From contig OZ231126.1 in assembly GCA_965153355.1 (NCBI GenBank), positions 7,936,001 to 8,000,000 of the forward strand: 64,000 bases of DNA, read 5' to 3'. Positions 62,836 through 64,000 of the stretch are shown here, piece after piece. This DNA is from Flaccisagitta enflata. Lineage: Eukaryota. The position numbers were made by a program, and so were the translations under genes. Under the pieces are notes generated by a model. That model had not been told where the DNA came from, did no database searches, and saw nothing but the letters and a program-made list of their open reading frames with translations. The stretch's first letter is position 1; each line of letters opens with the position of its first letter.

Positions 62836-64000
62836 TTGATCTTATTTATGGTTATCTCTAGCTCTTAAGCGCCTCCCAATCTAGGAACTTGATCACAGAT
62901 TGGGGCAATTAACAGTCAACACCTTCTCTGACTTTGGAAACATCCATTCTGTGTCTGACCATAAACACTAATGCTTACCAAAAAAAGATAAGTGGAAATA
63001 TTTGTTAAATGTAACCAAACTTGGGAATATTTGTTAAATGTAACCAAACTTGGGAATATTTTTCAAATGTAACCAAACTTCAATAATTCACCCAAGGGCA
63101 GCATTGTTCAGATAACTTGTTAAATTTTCTGAATCGAAACAAATGCAGAAACCTAATTAAAGTCTAAAAACAGTCGCAGAAACATGTTTCTAAAAATATT
63201 TAACAGAAACTAATTCCATTCATAACCACCTTTTAGGCCCTCCCAATCCAGAAAGTTTTTCCTAGAACTAATCAAAATTTATCTTTTAATGAATGACAGA
63301 AACAGAGATAAAATCATTTATGCAGTAAAAGTGTTTCTTTGTAGGAAGCTAACTTGTACCAAAATGATTTACATGTTTATTTCTGTAAATGATTTACATG
63401 TTTATTTCTGTAAATTACAGAAACAAATTATTTCCCCCAAGAGTGAGTTCGCTTTTAGGTAGCTAGGTTAGATGTTTCTAGAAATAATTACAGAAATGGA
63501 TTTCATTTCTGAAGACTAAATCCCCAAAAAATCCCCACCTTTATAGCCCCGCTCAATCCAGGAACTTGATCCAATAAATGGACACTCATTTTCATTTACA
63601 GAAATAAACACAGAAATAAAATCATTTTTGTAAGTAATGTGTCTGCTTATAGGACGTCAATAAGTGATTTTATTTCTGAGTTTATTTCTGCTATTGAAAA
63701 TTCATTTTCAGGGTCAAGTTCCTTGATTGGGAGGGGCTAATAAGGTAGGGGTTTACAGGGGGATTTAATATTCAGTGATGGGAAATATTTCTGTGATTAT
63801 TTCTGGAAATAAATTCTCATTCCTGTGATTATTTCTGGAAATAAATTCTCATTTCTGTAACTATTTCTGGGTATAATAGAATAGGCTTAGAAAATATAAA
63901 TTAATGCAGAATAGATTTGAAGGTTTTTTTCATTACAGAAACAACTACAGAAAACTGGTCTCGTTTCTAGAAATAATTACAGAAATAGATTACATTTCTG

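Overview
AT-rich, repeat-dense animal-type genomic DNA with spliceosomal GT-AG introns and a 10-N scaffold gap at 39657-39666; the species cannot be determined from the sequence. Host genes: (1) seven phase-compatible minus-strand exons of a polycystin-2 (PKD2/TRPP) channel (15895 to 3334), including a ~75-aa insertion in the extracellular TOP domain; (2) the last coding exon of HMG-CoA reductase (40469-41008); (3) an otherwise intronless BTB-BACK(-Kelch-like) gene split by a 6.2-kb TIR element with an ATAA target duplication; (4) the first coding exon of SNRK (53790-53916). The main feature is a >=19.9-kb CACTA/EnSpm-type transposon (CACTG end at 19784, cut by the gap). It carries a decayed transposase and two co-oriented spliced genes with no domain I can recognise, one with roughly 17 exons. 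The rest is nested mobile DNA: a 6.4-kb foldback element with a 9-bp TSD, many Helentron-associated (HINE/DINE-1-like) elements carrying satellites, several MITEs, and micro/minisatellites. All family assignments come from recalled motifs and manual translation, not database searches.
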